The notes: generated by a model from the letters alone, not told the origin. Numbered from the stretch's first letter, positions 18,225 through 25,425 are shown. The stretch is 39,005 nt of DNA from an uncultured Candidatus Saccharibacteria bacterium (GCA_964357795.1 CAYHMN010000001.1:1-39005), one strand, 5' to 3'. Made by a program: numbers and translations.

Positions 18225-18791
18225 ATGAAGATAACATCTACCAAATTTATAAAAGGAGTAGTCGGAGACGACAAAATATTAGCAGATGGAATTCCACAGA
18301 TTGCTTTTATAGGGCGCTCTAATGTAGGGAAATCTAGCCTTATCAACGCTCTTTCCAATAGCAAAGTCTCCCGCACTAGCTCTTACCCTGGAAGCACGCA
18401 GGAGATAAATATTTTCCTCATAAACGATTCTTACTACTTTGTGGACTTGCCTGGTTATGGCTTTGCTCGCGCTTCTGGCCTTGGCCGTGAGAAGATAGGG
18501 GAGCTTATAGACTCATATCTATTCAACTCTATATACAAACAAAAGAAGGTAGTACTTATCGTAGACGCAAATGTCGGCATGACGGAGCGAGATATAACCA
18601 TGTTTGAAGAATTGGAAAGATTTCATAAAGATTTCATAATTGTGGCCAGTAAGATAGATAAAATGACACAGTCAGAATATCAGAAAAAAATGACAGAATT
18701 AAAAAAAATAACGGAAGGGCATACACTCATACCATTCTCATCTAAAAAGAGAACTGGATTGGGAGCACTTATAGATGAGATTTTCAGTTAA
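18225..18791 (+). CDS. engB: Ribosome biogenesis GTPase YsxC/EngB
   Basis: 188 aa. G1 GRSNVGKSS, G3 DLPGYG, G4 SKIDK. N-terminus typical of EngB. Confidence 0.9.
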   Translation: MKITSTKFIKGVVGDDKILADGIPQIAFIGRSNVGKSSLINALSNSKVSRTSSYPGSTQEINIFLINDSYYFVDLPGYGFARASGLGREKIGELIDSYLFNSIYKQKKVVLIVDANVGMTERDITMFEELERFHKDFIIVASKIDKMTQSEYQKKMTELKKITEGHTLIPFSSKKRTGLGALIDEIFS

Positions 18792-18827
18792 ATAAAATAA
18801 TGCTATAATACTTCTTAGATAATTATT

Positions 18828-19358
18828 ATGGATATACTAGCTCACATGCTCTGGGCCAACTATGGCGCAAGAGTAGGAAATAAAAAATTAGAAAAGAAAA
18901 AGAAACCTCTTATAAAGCTTGGATGGGTTACATTCTTTGGTGTGTTTCCAGACTTATTTGCATTCACAATACCATTTTGCATAGCTATCTTTAATATGCT
19001 TTTCAATAGTCAATCCCTTAGCAGTATGCGTAATCATCATGTACTTGCAGGTGGATTTGATATAGCAAGCTTTTTGTATCAATTCAGCCATAGTATAGTA
19101 ATCTGGGCTGTTGTATTTATAGTTGTATGGATTATATATAAAAGGCCTAGATTTGAACTCCTTGGCTGGGCACTTCACATAGCTATTGATATATTTTCAC
19201 ACTCAGCACAATTCTACCCGACACCATTCCTTTCCCCAGTATCAGACTTTAAATTCTTGTACGGTATATCCTGGAGTAATATATGGTATATGATAATCAA
19301 CTATTCGCTGTTACTTATCGTAACCCTGTATTTTTTCAAAAAGAAAAAAGTGGTATAA
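18828..19358 (+). CDS. Integral membrane protein, possibly YdjM/DUF457-type metal-dependent hydrolase
   Basis: 176-aa multi-TM protein. N-terminal MDILAH and internal HIAIDIFSH His/Asp motifs resemble the DUF457 family. Confidence 0.5.
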   Translation: MDILAHMLWANYGARVGNKKLEKKKKPLIKLGWVTFFGVFPDLFAFTIPFCIAIFNMLFNSQSLSSMRNHHVLAGGFDIASFLYQFSHSIVIWAVVFIVVWIIYKRPRFELLGWALHIAIDIFSHSAQFYPTPFLSPVSDFKFLYGISWSNIWYMIINYSLLLIVTLYFFKKKKVV

Positions 19359-19365
19359 TAAATAT

Positions 19366-20016
19366 ATGAAACAACACAGATTTGAGGCACTCGCAGACGG
19401 AATATTTGCTATAGTTATGACTATCTTAGTCTTTGAGATAAGAATTCCAGAATATACTGGTATAGTCAGTGATAAAACGCTCCTAGACGCTATCATAAAT
19501 ATCTATCCACTCTTCTTGAGCTATCTTCTCTCTTTCTCATTACTTTTCACCTACTGGAGATCTCACCATTTTATAACTTCTGTGCTTGCAAAAAACATAG
19601 ACCTTAAGTTATCAAACTTAAACGCACTATTTTTCCTTTTTGTAGGACTTGTACCATTCTCTTCACATTTACTTGGAATCTATAGTTACAATCAAACTGC
19701 TGTAATCGTATTTGCTATAAATATAATACTCATAGGGCTTACTCTCCATGCAATGCGCCAACATGTAATAAAATCAGAAGAAATAAAAAATACACCAGTC
19801 ACAAAGATAGAGAATGCCCATGCAAATGTCCGCATACTTCTACCAGTAGTAATAGCCTTTATAGCCATTGGTGTATCATTCTTTGATAAAACTATTGCTC
19901 TAGCATTCTTTACTATTGCAATACTATTCAATTTATCTAGTAAAAGCACACGTTATATGTTTGCAGTAGTAGACTCTATCCACAATATAAATAAAAACAC
20001 ACCTACTAAAGAATAA
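19366..20016 (+). CDS. TMEM175/DUF1211 family potassium channel
   Basis: 216 aa with 6 TM helices. Signature RFEALADGIFAIVMTILVFEI at the first helix. Confidence 0.8.
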   Translation: MKQHRFEALADGIFAIVMTILVFEIRIPEYTGIVSDKTLLDAIINIYPLFLSYLLSFSLLFTYWRSHHFITSVLAKNIDLKLSNLNALFFLFVGLVPFSSHLLGIYSYNQTAVIVFAINIILIGLTLHAMRQHVIKSEEIKNTPVTKIENAHANVRILLPVVIAFIAIGVSFFDKTIALAFFTIAILFNLSSKSTRYMFAVVDSIHNINKNTPTKE

Positions 20017-20043
20017 GTGCGTTTTTCATTTGATTTTTGGATT

Positions 20044-20322
20044 TTAAAATTTGTATCTCTTTTTTATTTTAAGTAAAGAGAAAACTTTTTTTACTTTCTC
20101 TACAGAAAAATTAATAATTAAAAAAGTTGCCAATCCTCCAAGCATTAGTCCGATGGAAATCAGATAGAGAGCAGATGGGATTGTAAATTCATTACTTTTT
20201 AAATTCAATTGAAAATCTTTAAAAATAACAGGTCCTAACGACAAGGATAGCCACAAGAAACATGTTACTGCAGAGATAAGAAATAAGGGTGCAAGGTACT
20301 TTTTAAAATTTACTTTTTTCAT
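20044..20322 (-). CDS. Hypothetical small membrane protein
   Basis: 92 aa with 2-3 TM helices. Consensus promoter upstream (20369-20398). Confidence 0.5.
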   Translation of the reverse strand: MKKVNFKKYLAPLFLISAVTCFLWLSLSLGPVIFKDFQLNLKSNEFTIPSALYLISIGLMLGGLATFLIINFSVEKVKKVFSLLKIKKRYKF

Positions 20323-20368
20323 AAAATGAAAATTGGGTTTAAAATGAAAAATTAAAATACTTATGCGT

Positions 20369-20398
20369 ATTATAACATATTCCTAACCTATTTGTCAA
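20369..20398 (-). promoter_or_regulatory. Promoter of 20044-20322
   Basis: Minus strand reads TTGACA, 18-nt spacer, TATAAT. Confidence 0.55.
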
Positions 20399-20456
20399 TT
20401 ATTAGAATAGTCTTATAACATAATGAGAAAATAGAATAAGTGGTATAATTAAACAT

Positions 20457-21071
20457 ATGAAAAAAGGTCTAAAAGTGATACTGGTAATAGCTTCTTTTTC
20501 TATTGTAATTGCTATGATTATAAGCAACTATACTTTAGAAAATAGGAAGAGAGGTGAATTCAGAATGCTTGAAGCAAAGGTTCAAGGATTTGCTGACACT
20601 ACAGAGGATAGAGTGGCAAAAGCTGTAGTAACACTACCTGATGGCGATAAAGTTGTAGGGTTAAATAATAATAAAGGAGATGTAGTTGAAATTCAGAACA
20701 GATATTTGAAAACAGAATTTATCCCTGGAATTTATAATAAAAAAGACCCTAGGTTAGACGCTATAGTGCCTATGTATGTAAGTGCTAACTCTAATGGTAA
20801 CTCTATGTACATAGTATTGTTCAACGACAGGGGAGATGTCGTTCTAGAGAAATCTCACGCTAGACTAGGGAATCAGACAGTTATTATAGACAGCATAAGC
20901 ACGCTACCAGCAGACCCAAATATAGCAGGAGAGGAATATAGAGTAAAAGTAATATATAAATTGCAAGGTCTAAAAAGTAAGGATTCAAATCAGATAGTCT
21001 CTATTCCTAAAGAAGTAACCATTCCAGTAATAGATGGGCATTTTGACCCGAGTAGAACTATATCAAAATAA
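20457..21071 (+). CDS. Membrane-anchored hypothetical protein
   Basis: 204 aa. N-terminal TM helix VILVIASFSIVIAMII followed by a soluble domain. TGGTATAAT lies 7 nt before the ATG. Confidence 0.6.
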   Translation: MKKGLKVILVIASFSIVIAMIISNYTLENRKRGEFRMLEAKVQGFADTTEDRVAKAVVTLPDGDKVVGLNNNKGDVVEIQNRYLKTEFIPGIYNKKDPRLDAIVPMYVSANSNGNSMYIVLFNDRGDVVLEKSHARLGNQTVIIDSISTLPADPNIAGEEYRVKVIYKLQGLKSKDSNQIVSIPKEVTIPVIDGHFDPSRTISK

Positions 21072-21088
21072 GATGATATAATATAAAC

Positions 21089-21688
21089 ATGAAAAAATTT
21101 ATAATTATCCTTATAGCTATTATACTTATCGTCGTTGTCGGCAGTAAATTTTATAATGATAAAAGAGAAGTTAAAAATCAAAACCAAGAGGTTCTGGATA
21201 GCACACCTGTAACACCGACAGATACCCCTCCTGTAACAAACATTCCACCTGTCACGAATACGAATCCGCCCGTTTCAAATGAACCTGCATTTTGCACTAT
21301 GGATGCAATGCAATGTCCAGATGGGTCCTATGTAGGGCGCAGTGGTCCAAAATGTGAGTTTGTCTGCCCTGTACCACAAGTATCTACTGCAACTACAGCA
21401 CGCATTAATCAAAAAGTATCAAATAGTGGTATAAGGATAACACCACTTCGAGTGACTGAAGATAGTAGATGTCCGAGCGATGTAGAGTGTATCTGGGCTG
21501 GAACAGTTAAGCTTTTGGTGAAATTAGAAGCTCTTGGTAAGGGTAAAACTGATGAAGTAGAGTTAACATTAGGCACAACGACCACATTTTCAGATAGAAA
21601 ACTTACTTTTACAAAAGTAACTCCATATCCAGTATCAAATAAGCAAATACTAGAAAAAGATTACGAGTTTACATTTTCAGTAAAATAG
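21089..21688 (+). CDS. Membrane-anchored hypothetical protein with Pro/Thr linker and Cys-rich module
   Basis: 199 aa. TM helix, then TPVTPTDTPPVTNIPPVTNTNPP linker, then CTMDAMQCPDGSYVGRSGPKCEFVCP motif. TGATATAAT lies 6 nt before the ATG. Confidence 0.6.
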   Translation: MKKFIIILIAIILIVVVGSKFYNDKREVKNQNQEVLDSTPVTPTDTPPVTNIPPVTNTNPPVSNEPAFCTMDAMQCPDGSYVGRSGPKCEFVCPVPQVSTATTARINQKVSNSGIRITPLRVTEDSRCPSDVECIWAGTVKLLVKLEALGKGKTDEVELTLGTTTTFSDRKLTFTKVTPYPVSNKQILEKDYEFTFSVK

Positions 21689-21696
21689 GGAAGTGT

Positions 21697-21849
21697 CTAA
21701 CGCTTTTTCTCGCGCCAGTCATATTCTTCATCTTCATCGTCTTTTTTATCTACAATAGGAGTACCACATTGCGCGCATTCTGTATCGTACGAACGTAGTC
21801 CGCAGCGAGGGCAGGTTGGATCTTTCTTTTGTTCTAATTCTTCTTCCAT
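21697..21849 (-). CDS. Zinc-ribbon micro-protein (50 aa) with acidic tail
   Basis: MEEELEQKKDPTCPRCGLRSYDTECAQCGTPIVDKKDDEDEEYDWREKKR, with CPxC...CxxC knuckles. TATAAT lies 6 nt before the ATG. Visibly more GC than its flanks. Confidence 0.5.
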   Translation of the reverse strand: MEEELEQKKDPTCPRCGLRSYDTECAQCGTPIVDKKDDEDEEYDWREKKR

Positions 21850-22020
21850 TTCGACATTATAATATATTTATTTATAAAATAAAATGGTATACTTAATACA
21901 TTATTAGTAATGCTACATAAATTATATTCTGAAAAAAGTCCTCGGATCTCCTCGCCAAATTTTGTAGGAAGCTCGGCCAGACATTTTTTCATAAAATAAT
22001 TTATTCGCATAAGTATATAT

Positions 22021-22083
22021 ATGGCAAAAGGAATGGGTGCTCGTAAAGAAAAGAAGAAACCAAAAGCTGGAAAAAAGAAGTAA
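22021..22083 (+). CDS. Tiny Lys-rich ORF (20 aa)
   Basis: MAKGMGARKEKKKPKAGKKK, with 10 of 20 residues K/R. The stop abuts the strong bidirectional terminator at 22085-22124. Very short, so weakly supported. Confidence 0.25.
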   Translation: MAKGMGARKEKKKPKAGKKK

Positions 22084-22084
22084 A

Positions 22085-22124
22085 TACAAAACACTCCGAC
22101 CTAGGTCGGAGTGTTTTGTATTTA
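22085..22124. terminator. Bidirectional terminator (cspA and the 22021 micro-ORF)
   Basis: 17-bp stem TACAAAACACTCCGACC/GGTCGGAGTGTTTTGTA followed by TTT. Confidence 0.85.
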
Positions 22125-22129
22125 AGAGC

Positions 22130-22327
22130 CTATGCGCGCTGTACGTTTACAGCACTAGGTCCCTTTGCAGTTTCTTCTGTGTCAAAAGTAACAGCGTCAC
22201 CTTCGTGCAATTCATCGAATTGTACGCCTACAAGAGAGTTACTGTGAAAGAATAAATCCTTCGCAAGTCCTTCTGCTGTGATGAAACCGAAACCTTTGTC
22301 AGTAAGCTTTTTGATTGAGCCAGTCAT
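22130..22327 (-). CDS. cspA: Cold-shock protein (CSD)
   Basis: 65 aa. RNP1 KGFGFI and RNP2-like FFHSN motifs. Consensus promoter and a long (roughly 80-nt) 5' UTR. Confidence 0.95.
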   Translation of the reverse strand: MTGSIKKLTDKGFGFITAEGLAKDLFFHSNSLVGVQFDELHEGDAVTFDTEETAKGPSAVNVQRA

Positions 22328-22411
22328 GATATTAGTTTAGATAAATGATAAATATAAATAAGATAAATGTTCGAAAGTCGACGTCTTCTAAAGATACCCC
22401 TTATGCCGTCC

Positions 22412-22440
22412 ATTATACAATTTGTATAATTTTTTGTCAA
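22412..22440 (-). promoter_or_regulatory. cspA promoter
   Basis: Minus strand reads TTGACA, 17-nt spacer, TATAAT. Leaves a 5' UTR of roughly 80 nt. Confidence 0.7.
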
Positions 22441-22479
22441 CTGTTAGTAATTCATTTAGGTCTACTGGTAGTCAAAACC

Positions 22480-22508
22480 TTGACAAAATAAGCTATAAAT
22501 GCTAAACT
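22480..22508 (+). promoter_or_regulatory. DEAD-box helicase promoter
   Basis: TTGACA (22480-22485), 17-nt spacer, TAAACT (22503-22508). Leaves a 5' UTR of roughly 100 nt. Confidence 0.6.
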
Positions 22509-22611
22509 CTTTCTAGTTGGAATACTCCTAAGACACGTGTATTTAAGTGTTTCAATTCTATTGCCTCATCTCGAGCCAATATATTATTTTTGAAACACGT
22601 AAAATTAAATC

Positions 22612-23940
22612 ATGTCTACATATAGTAAACAAGCCCCGAAACGGGCCTCATATTCATCTGGTTCAAAACCAGGTTCTACAAGTCGCTCAGGTGGCGCACG
22701 AGGGCACTCTAGCTCATATAAAGGTTCATCACGACCCGCATTTCGAAGTAAAAGCACACAGTCTTTTGGTGGCGGACGCCCATCAGGAGGTGGCAACCGA
22801 AGAAGTGGAGGAAAACGCAAAGGAAATTCATTTGAGCGTATTGACGTCTCAAGATTTATAAGTAAAGCCACCATAATAGAGAGCGAGGAGATTTATCTAC
22901 CGACTCATACCTTCTCCGATTTTAACATTGATGAGAGGCTCAAGGTTGCGATTGCAAACAAGCAATATATATATCCAAGTCCTATTCAAGACAAATCTAT
23001 CCCGCATGCTCTAGAAGGACGTGATATCCTCGGTATAGCCAACACTGGTACAGGTAAGACAGCAGCATTCCTAATCCCACTTATAAACAAAGTTTTAAAG
23101 AATCCGAAAGAAACAGCTATCATCATAGCACCGACTCGTGAACTTGCACTTCAGATAGAAAAAGAATTCATTGAATTCACAAAAGGTATGAAGATGTGGT
23201 CTGTGGCTTGTGTTGGTGGTGCACCAATATTTGCTCAGATAAAAAATCTACGCCGTGGAGCAAGCTTTGTAATAGGTACCCCAGGAAGACTTCTTGACCT
23301 CGTGAAGCGTAAAGAAATAGACCTCTCTGATACACGTAGCGTAGTGCTTGACGAAGCTGACCGAATGCTTGATATGGGATTCATAGATGACATAACATTC
23401 CTACTTGGAAAAACTCATAAAGACCGCCAAGGACTATTTTTCTCTGCAACACTTCCAAAGCCAATTGAAAATCTTATCGGACAATTTGCCAACGACCCTG
23501 TGCGCGTAGTCGTGAAGACTCGTGATACATCAAAGAATGTAGAGCAGGACGTTATTCGTGTTGCTCGTGGAGTGGATAAGATAGAAGTCCTATCTGAACT
23601 ACTTAGTAAAACTACCGAATTTAAAAAAGTATTGATATTCTCTGAAATGAAGCATGCTGTGGAGAAACTTTCCGTAGAACTTATAAAAAGGGGATTCAAG
23701 GCAGGCAGTATACACGGTGATAAGCGCCACAATGACCGACAGCGTACACTCAAGAAGTTCAAGGATAATGAGATAAATATACTCGTAGCTACCGATGTAG
23801 CAGCTCGTGGGCTTGATATCCCTGATGTAACTCACGTCATAAACTACGAAATTCCTCAGACTTATGATACATACGTCCACCGCATCGGCCGAACCGGCCG
23901 TGCAAGCAAAAAGGGTATGGCTCTAACCTTCGTAGGATAA
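22612..23940 (+). CDS. DEAD-box ATP-dependent RNA helicase with N-terminal Ser/Arg/Gly-rich extension
   Basis: 442 aa. Q motif PSPIQ, motif I ANTGTGKT, PTRELA, DEAD (LDEAD), SAT, HRIGRTGR. The first 75 or so residues are low-complexity S/R/G-rich. Confidence 0.93.
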   Translation: MSTYSKQAPKRASYSSGSKPGSTSRSGGARGHSSSYKGSSRPAFRSKSTQSFGGGRPSGGGNRRSGGKRKGNSFERIDVSRFISKATIIESEEIYLPTHTFSDFNIDERLKVAIANKQYIYPSPIQDKSIPHALEGRDILGIANTGTGKTAAFLIPLINKVLKNPKETAIIIAPTRELALQIEKEFIEFTKGMKMWSVACVGGAPIFAQIKNLRRGASFVIGTPGRLLDLVKRKEIDLSDTRSVVLDEADRMLDMGFIDDITFLLGKTHKDRQGLFFSATLPKPIENLIGQFANDPVRVVVKTRDTSKNVEQDVIRVARGVDKIEVLSELLSKTTEFKKVLIFSEMKHAVEKLSVELIKRGFKAGSIHGDKRHNDRQRTLKKFKDNEINILVATDVAARGLDIPDVTHVINYEIPQTYDTYVHRIGRTGRASKKGMALTFVG

Positions 23941-23959
23941 TAAGTGGACTAATTAAGTA

Positions 23960-23988
23960 TTGACATTTTTTATATAAAAATGTATATA
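23960..23988 (+). promoter_or_regulatory. Promoter P1 of the basic micro-gene cluster
   Basis: TTGACA (23960-23965), 17-nt spacer ending in TG, TATATA (23983-23988). Confidence 0.65.
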
Positions 23989-24037
23989 TACTATTAAATT
24001 AACTACATTTTTAAACAACCAAATTAAATTTTTTCTT

Positions 24038-24307
24038 ATGGCGAAAAATAAAGCAAGAAAAAAAGGAGCCTGCGTGCATAAAAATGGTCATGCAAAAAAG
24101 GGCCCGACCAAGTCACAGCATATAAAAAGAATTGAACATGTAGATAGCAGAAAAAAGGGGCATAAGGCAAAACATGGAACCCCCGAAGTATCTATAAATA
24201 CAGGTCAGTCTTTATTATTTAAAAAGAAAAACGGTAAGCCCGAAGCCAAATATCTGCAGAAGGAAAAAAAGCAGGAACTTATGAACAAAGGCAGAGTAGC
24301 TGCATAA
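24038..24307 (+). CDS. Small Lys-rich hypothetical protein (89 aa)
   Basis: MAKNKARKKG...; highly basic throughout. Downstream of the consensus promoter at 23960-23988. Confidence 0.5.
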   Translation: MAKNKARKKGACVHKNGHAKKGPTKSQHIKRIEHVDSRKKGHKAKHGTPEVSINTGQSLLFKKKNGKPEAKYLQKEKKQELMNKGRVAA

Positions 24308-24342
24308 ATTTTTTATTTTAAACACCAAAACAACCATTTACT

Positions 24343-24453
24343 ATGGCGCGTAACAAAAAAGACCGCAAAAGCCTCGACAAAAGAAGAGGCAACGGCACCA
24401 AGAAAAAAACAGGTACTAAAAACCTAAATCCAATTTACAGGAAAGGGTATTAA
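24343..24453 (+). CDS. Tiny Lys/Arg-rich ORF (36 aa)
   Basis: MARNKKDRKSLDKRRGNGTKKKTGTKNLNPIYRKGY, with 14 of 36 residues K/R. Its 5' flank and N-terminus resemble those of the 24038 ORF. Terminator at 24474-24498. Confidence 0.4.
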   Translation: MARNKKDRKSLDKRRGNGTKKKTGTKNLNPIYRKGY

Positions 24454-24473
24454 CCTTAAAAAATGAAGAAAGG

Positions 24474-24498
24474 GGCTAGCGTAAAGCTGGCCTTTTTT
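24474..24498 (+). terminator. Intrinsic terminator T1
   Basis: GGCTAGC/GCTGGCC stem (one G-U pair), loop GTAAA, followed by TTTTTT. Confidence 0.75.
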
Positions 24499-24521
24499 AT
24501 TTTTATGACAAATTAAATTGA

Positions 24522-24550
24522 TTGACATTTTTACATAAAATCGTTAAAGT
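24522..24550 (+). promoter_or_regulatory. Promoter P2
   Basis: TTGACA (24522-24527), 17-nt spacer, TAAAGT (24545-24550). Confidence 0.6.
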
Positions 24551-24592
24551 AGTACCAATTGTATTATATATTCACACTTAAAATATAAAGAG

Positions 24593-24715
24593 ATGAGAAT
24601 AAAAAATGTACGGCAAAAAGCCATAAGATATGTAACTCGATGGGAGAGATGGTATCAGAGGTATAAAGCTAAACAAATCAAAAATCATCAGAAAGTTTTA
24701 TATTTCAGACGTTAA
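24593..24715 (+). CDS. Tiny basic aromatic-rich ORF (40 aa)
   Basis: MRIKNVRQKAIRYVTRWERWYQRYKAKQIKNHQKVLYFRR. Downstream of the promoter at 24522-24550. Confidence 0.35.
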   Translation: MRIKNVRQKAIRYVTRWERWYQRYKAKQIKNHQKVLYFRR

Positions 24716-24745
24716 GTAAAATGGTAACCAAAAAATTCTTTCACA

Positions 24746-24871
24746 ATGAAAAAGCTAAAGAAATCAAAAAAAGCTAAAGAGAAGAATCCACGAAATGTAA
24801 AAAGAGGGTGGACCAGAATGTTTTTCTGGTCAGTCGGTATGAAGGGCTTTGTAGAACTTACAATATCGTAA
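24746..24871 (+). CDS. Tiny ORF (41 aa), basic N-terminus and hydrophobic C-terminus
   Basis: MKKLKKSKKAKEKNPRNVKRGWTRMFFWSVGMKGFVELTIS. An alternative 18-aa frame starts at 24721. A hairpin with a T-run follows (24874-24917). Confidence 0.3.
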   Translation: MKKLKKSKKAKEKNPRNVKRGWTRMFFWSVGMKGFVELTIS

Positions 24872-24873
24872 AC

Positions 24874-24917
24874 AATAGGACCTATTATTAATTTATTAAT
24901 GGTGGGCCTATTTTTTT
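24874..24917 (+). terminator. Probable terminator T2 (large loop)
   Basis: AATAGGACC/GGGCCTATT stem (8 of 9 pairs) around an AT-rich loop, followed by TTTTTTT. Confidence 0.5.
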
Positions 24918-24934
24918 ACCTAAAGTATAATTGA

Positions 24935-24963
24935 TTGACAAACCTATTTAACCATGCTATCAT
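24935..24963 (+). promoter_or_regulatory. Promoter P3
   Basis: TTGACA (24935-24940), 17-nt spacer, TATCAT (24958-24963). Confidence 0.6.
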
Positions 24964-25005
24964 TTGATTTAAGTAGTTGTTTAGGAATTATATTGGCTTA
25001 ATTAA

Positions 25006-25066
25006 TTGTTTGAATGACTTTGTGCTTCTATATGGAGAAAAAAGTCATTCAAACAATTTTTATTTA
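25006..25066 (+). terminator. Terminator-like 16-bp hairpin about 40-95 nt downstream of P3 (short RNA end or attenuator)
   Basis: TTGTTTGAATGACTTT (25006-25021) pairs perfectly with AAAGTCATTCAAACAA (25041-25056), followed by TTTTTATTT. ATG 25032 sits in the loop. Confidence 0.65.
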
Positions 25067-25367
25067 TAACCCAAAAACAATTTCTATGCATTTCAGTTTT
25101 CCAACGTTGCAATTAAATTTTGCAATTCAAATAGCAAAAAACAAAAGATTTCCAATTTCTGCAATAATAGTTTACATTCATTCAGATAAAGGGGATCTAT
25201 TGTCCAAACCTCGAACAGCGGAAATATTATGTGGTGACTACTGCCAAATTGGTAGTAGAAAATACAAAATGACTCCCGAAGTTAAGGTGATAGAAGGGGC
25301 AAACAAAGTAATCACTAACGATTCCATCGTTTGGCTTACGTATGAAAGCCCTTCAACCTTAAATTAA
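25014..25367 (+). CDS. Hypothetical protein (start uncertain: 25014, 25032 or 25086)
   Basis: 117-aa track ORF. Its first 17 codons lie inside a 16-bp terminator-like hairpin (25006-25066). No recognisable motif. A terminator follows at 25389-25425. Confidence 0.35.
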   Translation: MTLCFYMEKKVIQTIFIYNPKTISMHFSFPTLQLNFAIQIAKNKRFPISAIIVYIHSDKGDLLSKPRTAEILCGDYCQIGSRKYKMTPEVKVIEGANKVITNDSIVWLTYESPSTLN

Positions 25368-25388
25368 ATTATAAGGTCCGGTAAGTAC

Positions 25389-25425
25389 AAAGGAGTCCAA
25401 GGTATCGCCCTTGCTCCTTTTTTTG
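25389..25425. terminator. Terminator between convergent genes
   Basis: AAAGGAG..CAAGG/CCTTG.CTCCTTT compound stem followed by TTTTTT. Confidence 0.7.

Noticed and set aside
20321-20353. Direct repeat AATTTT(T)CATTTTA duplicated in the 5' region of gene 20044-20322
   Set aside because: This is a short, very AT-rich tandem duplication of the initiation region. There is no further copy and no associated structure, so it is most likely slippage without demonstrable function.
21834-22255. Track ORFs 21834-22094 (minus) and 22037-22255 (plus)
   Set aside because: They run across promoter-like AT-rich DNA, the 22085-22124 terminator and the cspA gene. The region is better explained by the 50-aa zinc-ribbon ORF, the 20-aa basic ORF and cspA.
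22547-22874. ORFs 22547-22861 (plus) and 22605-22874 (minus) overlapping the DEAD-box helicase 5' end
   Set aside because: These are by-products of the GC-rich Ser/Arg/Gly-coding stretch. The helicase frame continues into unmistakable DEAD-box motifs, and the other frames have no signals.
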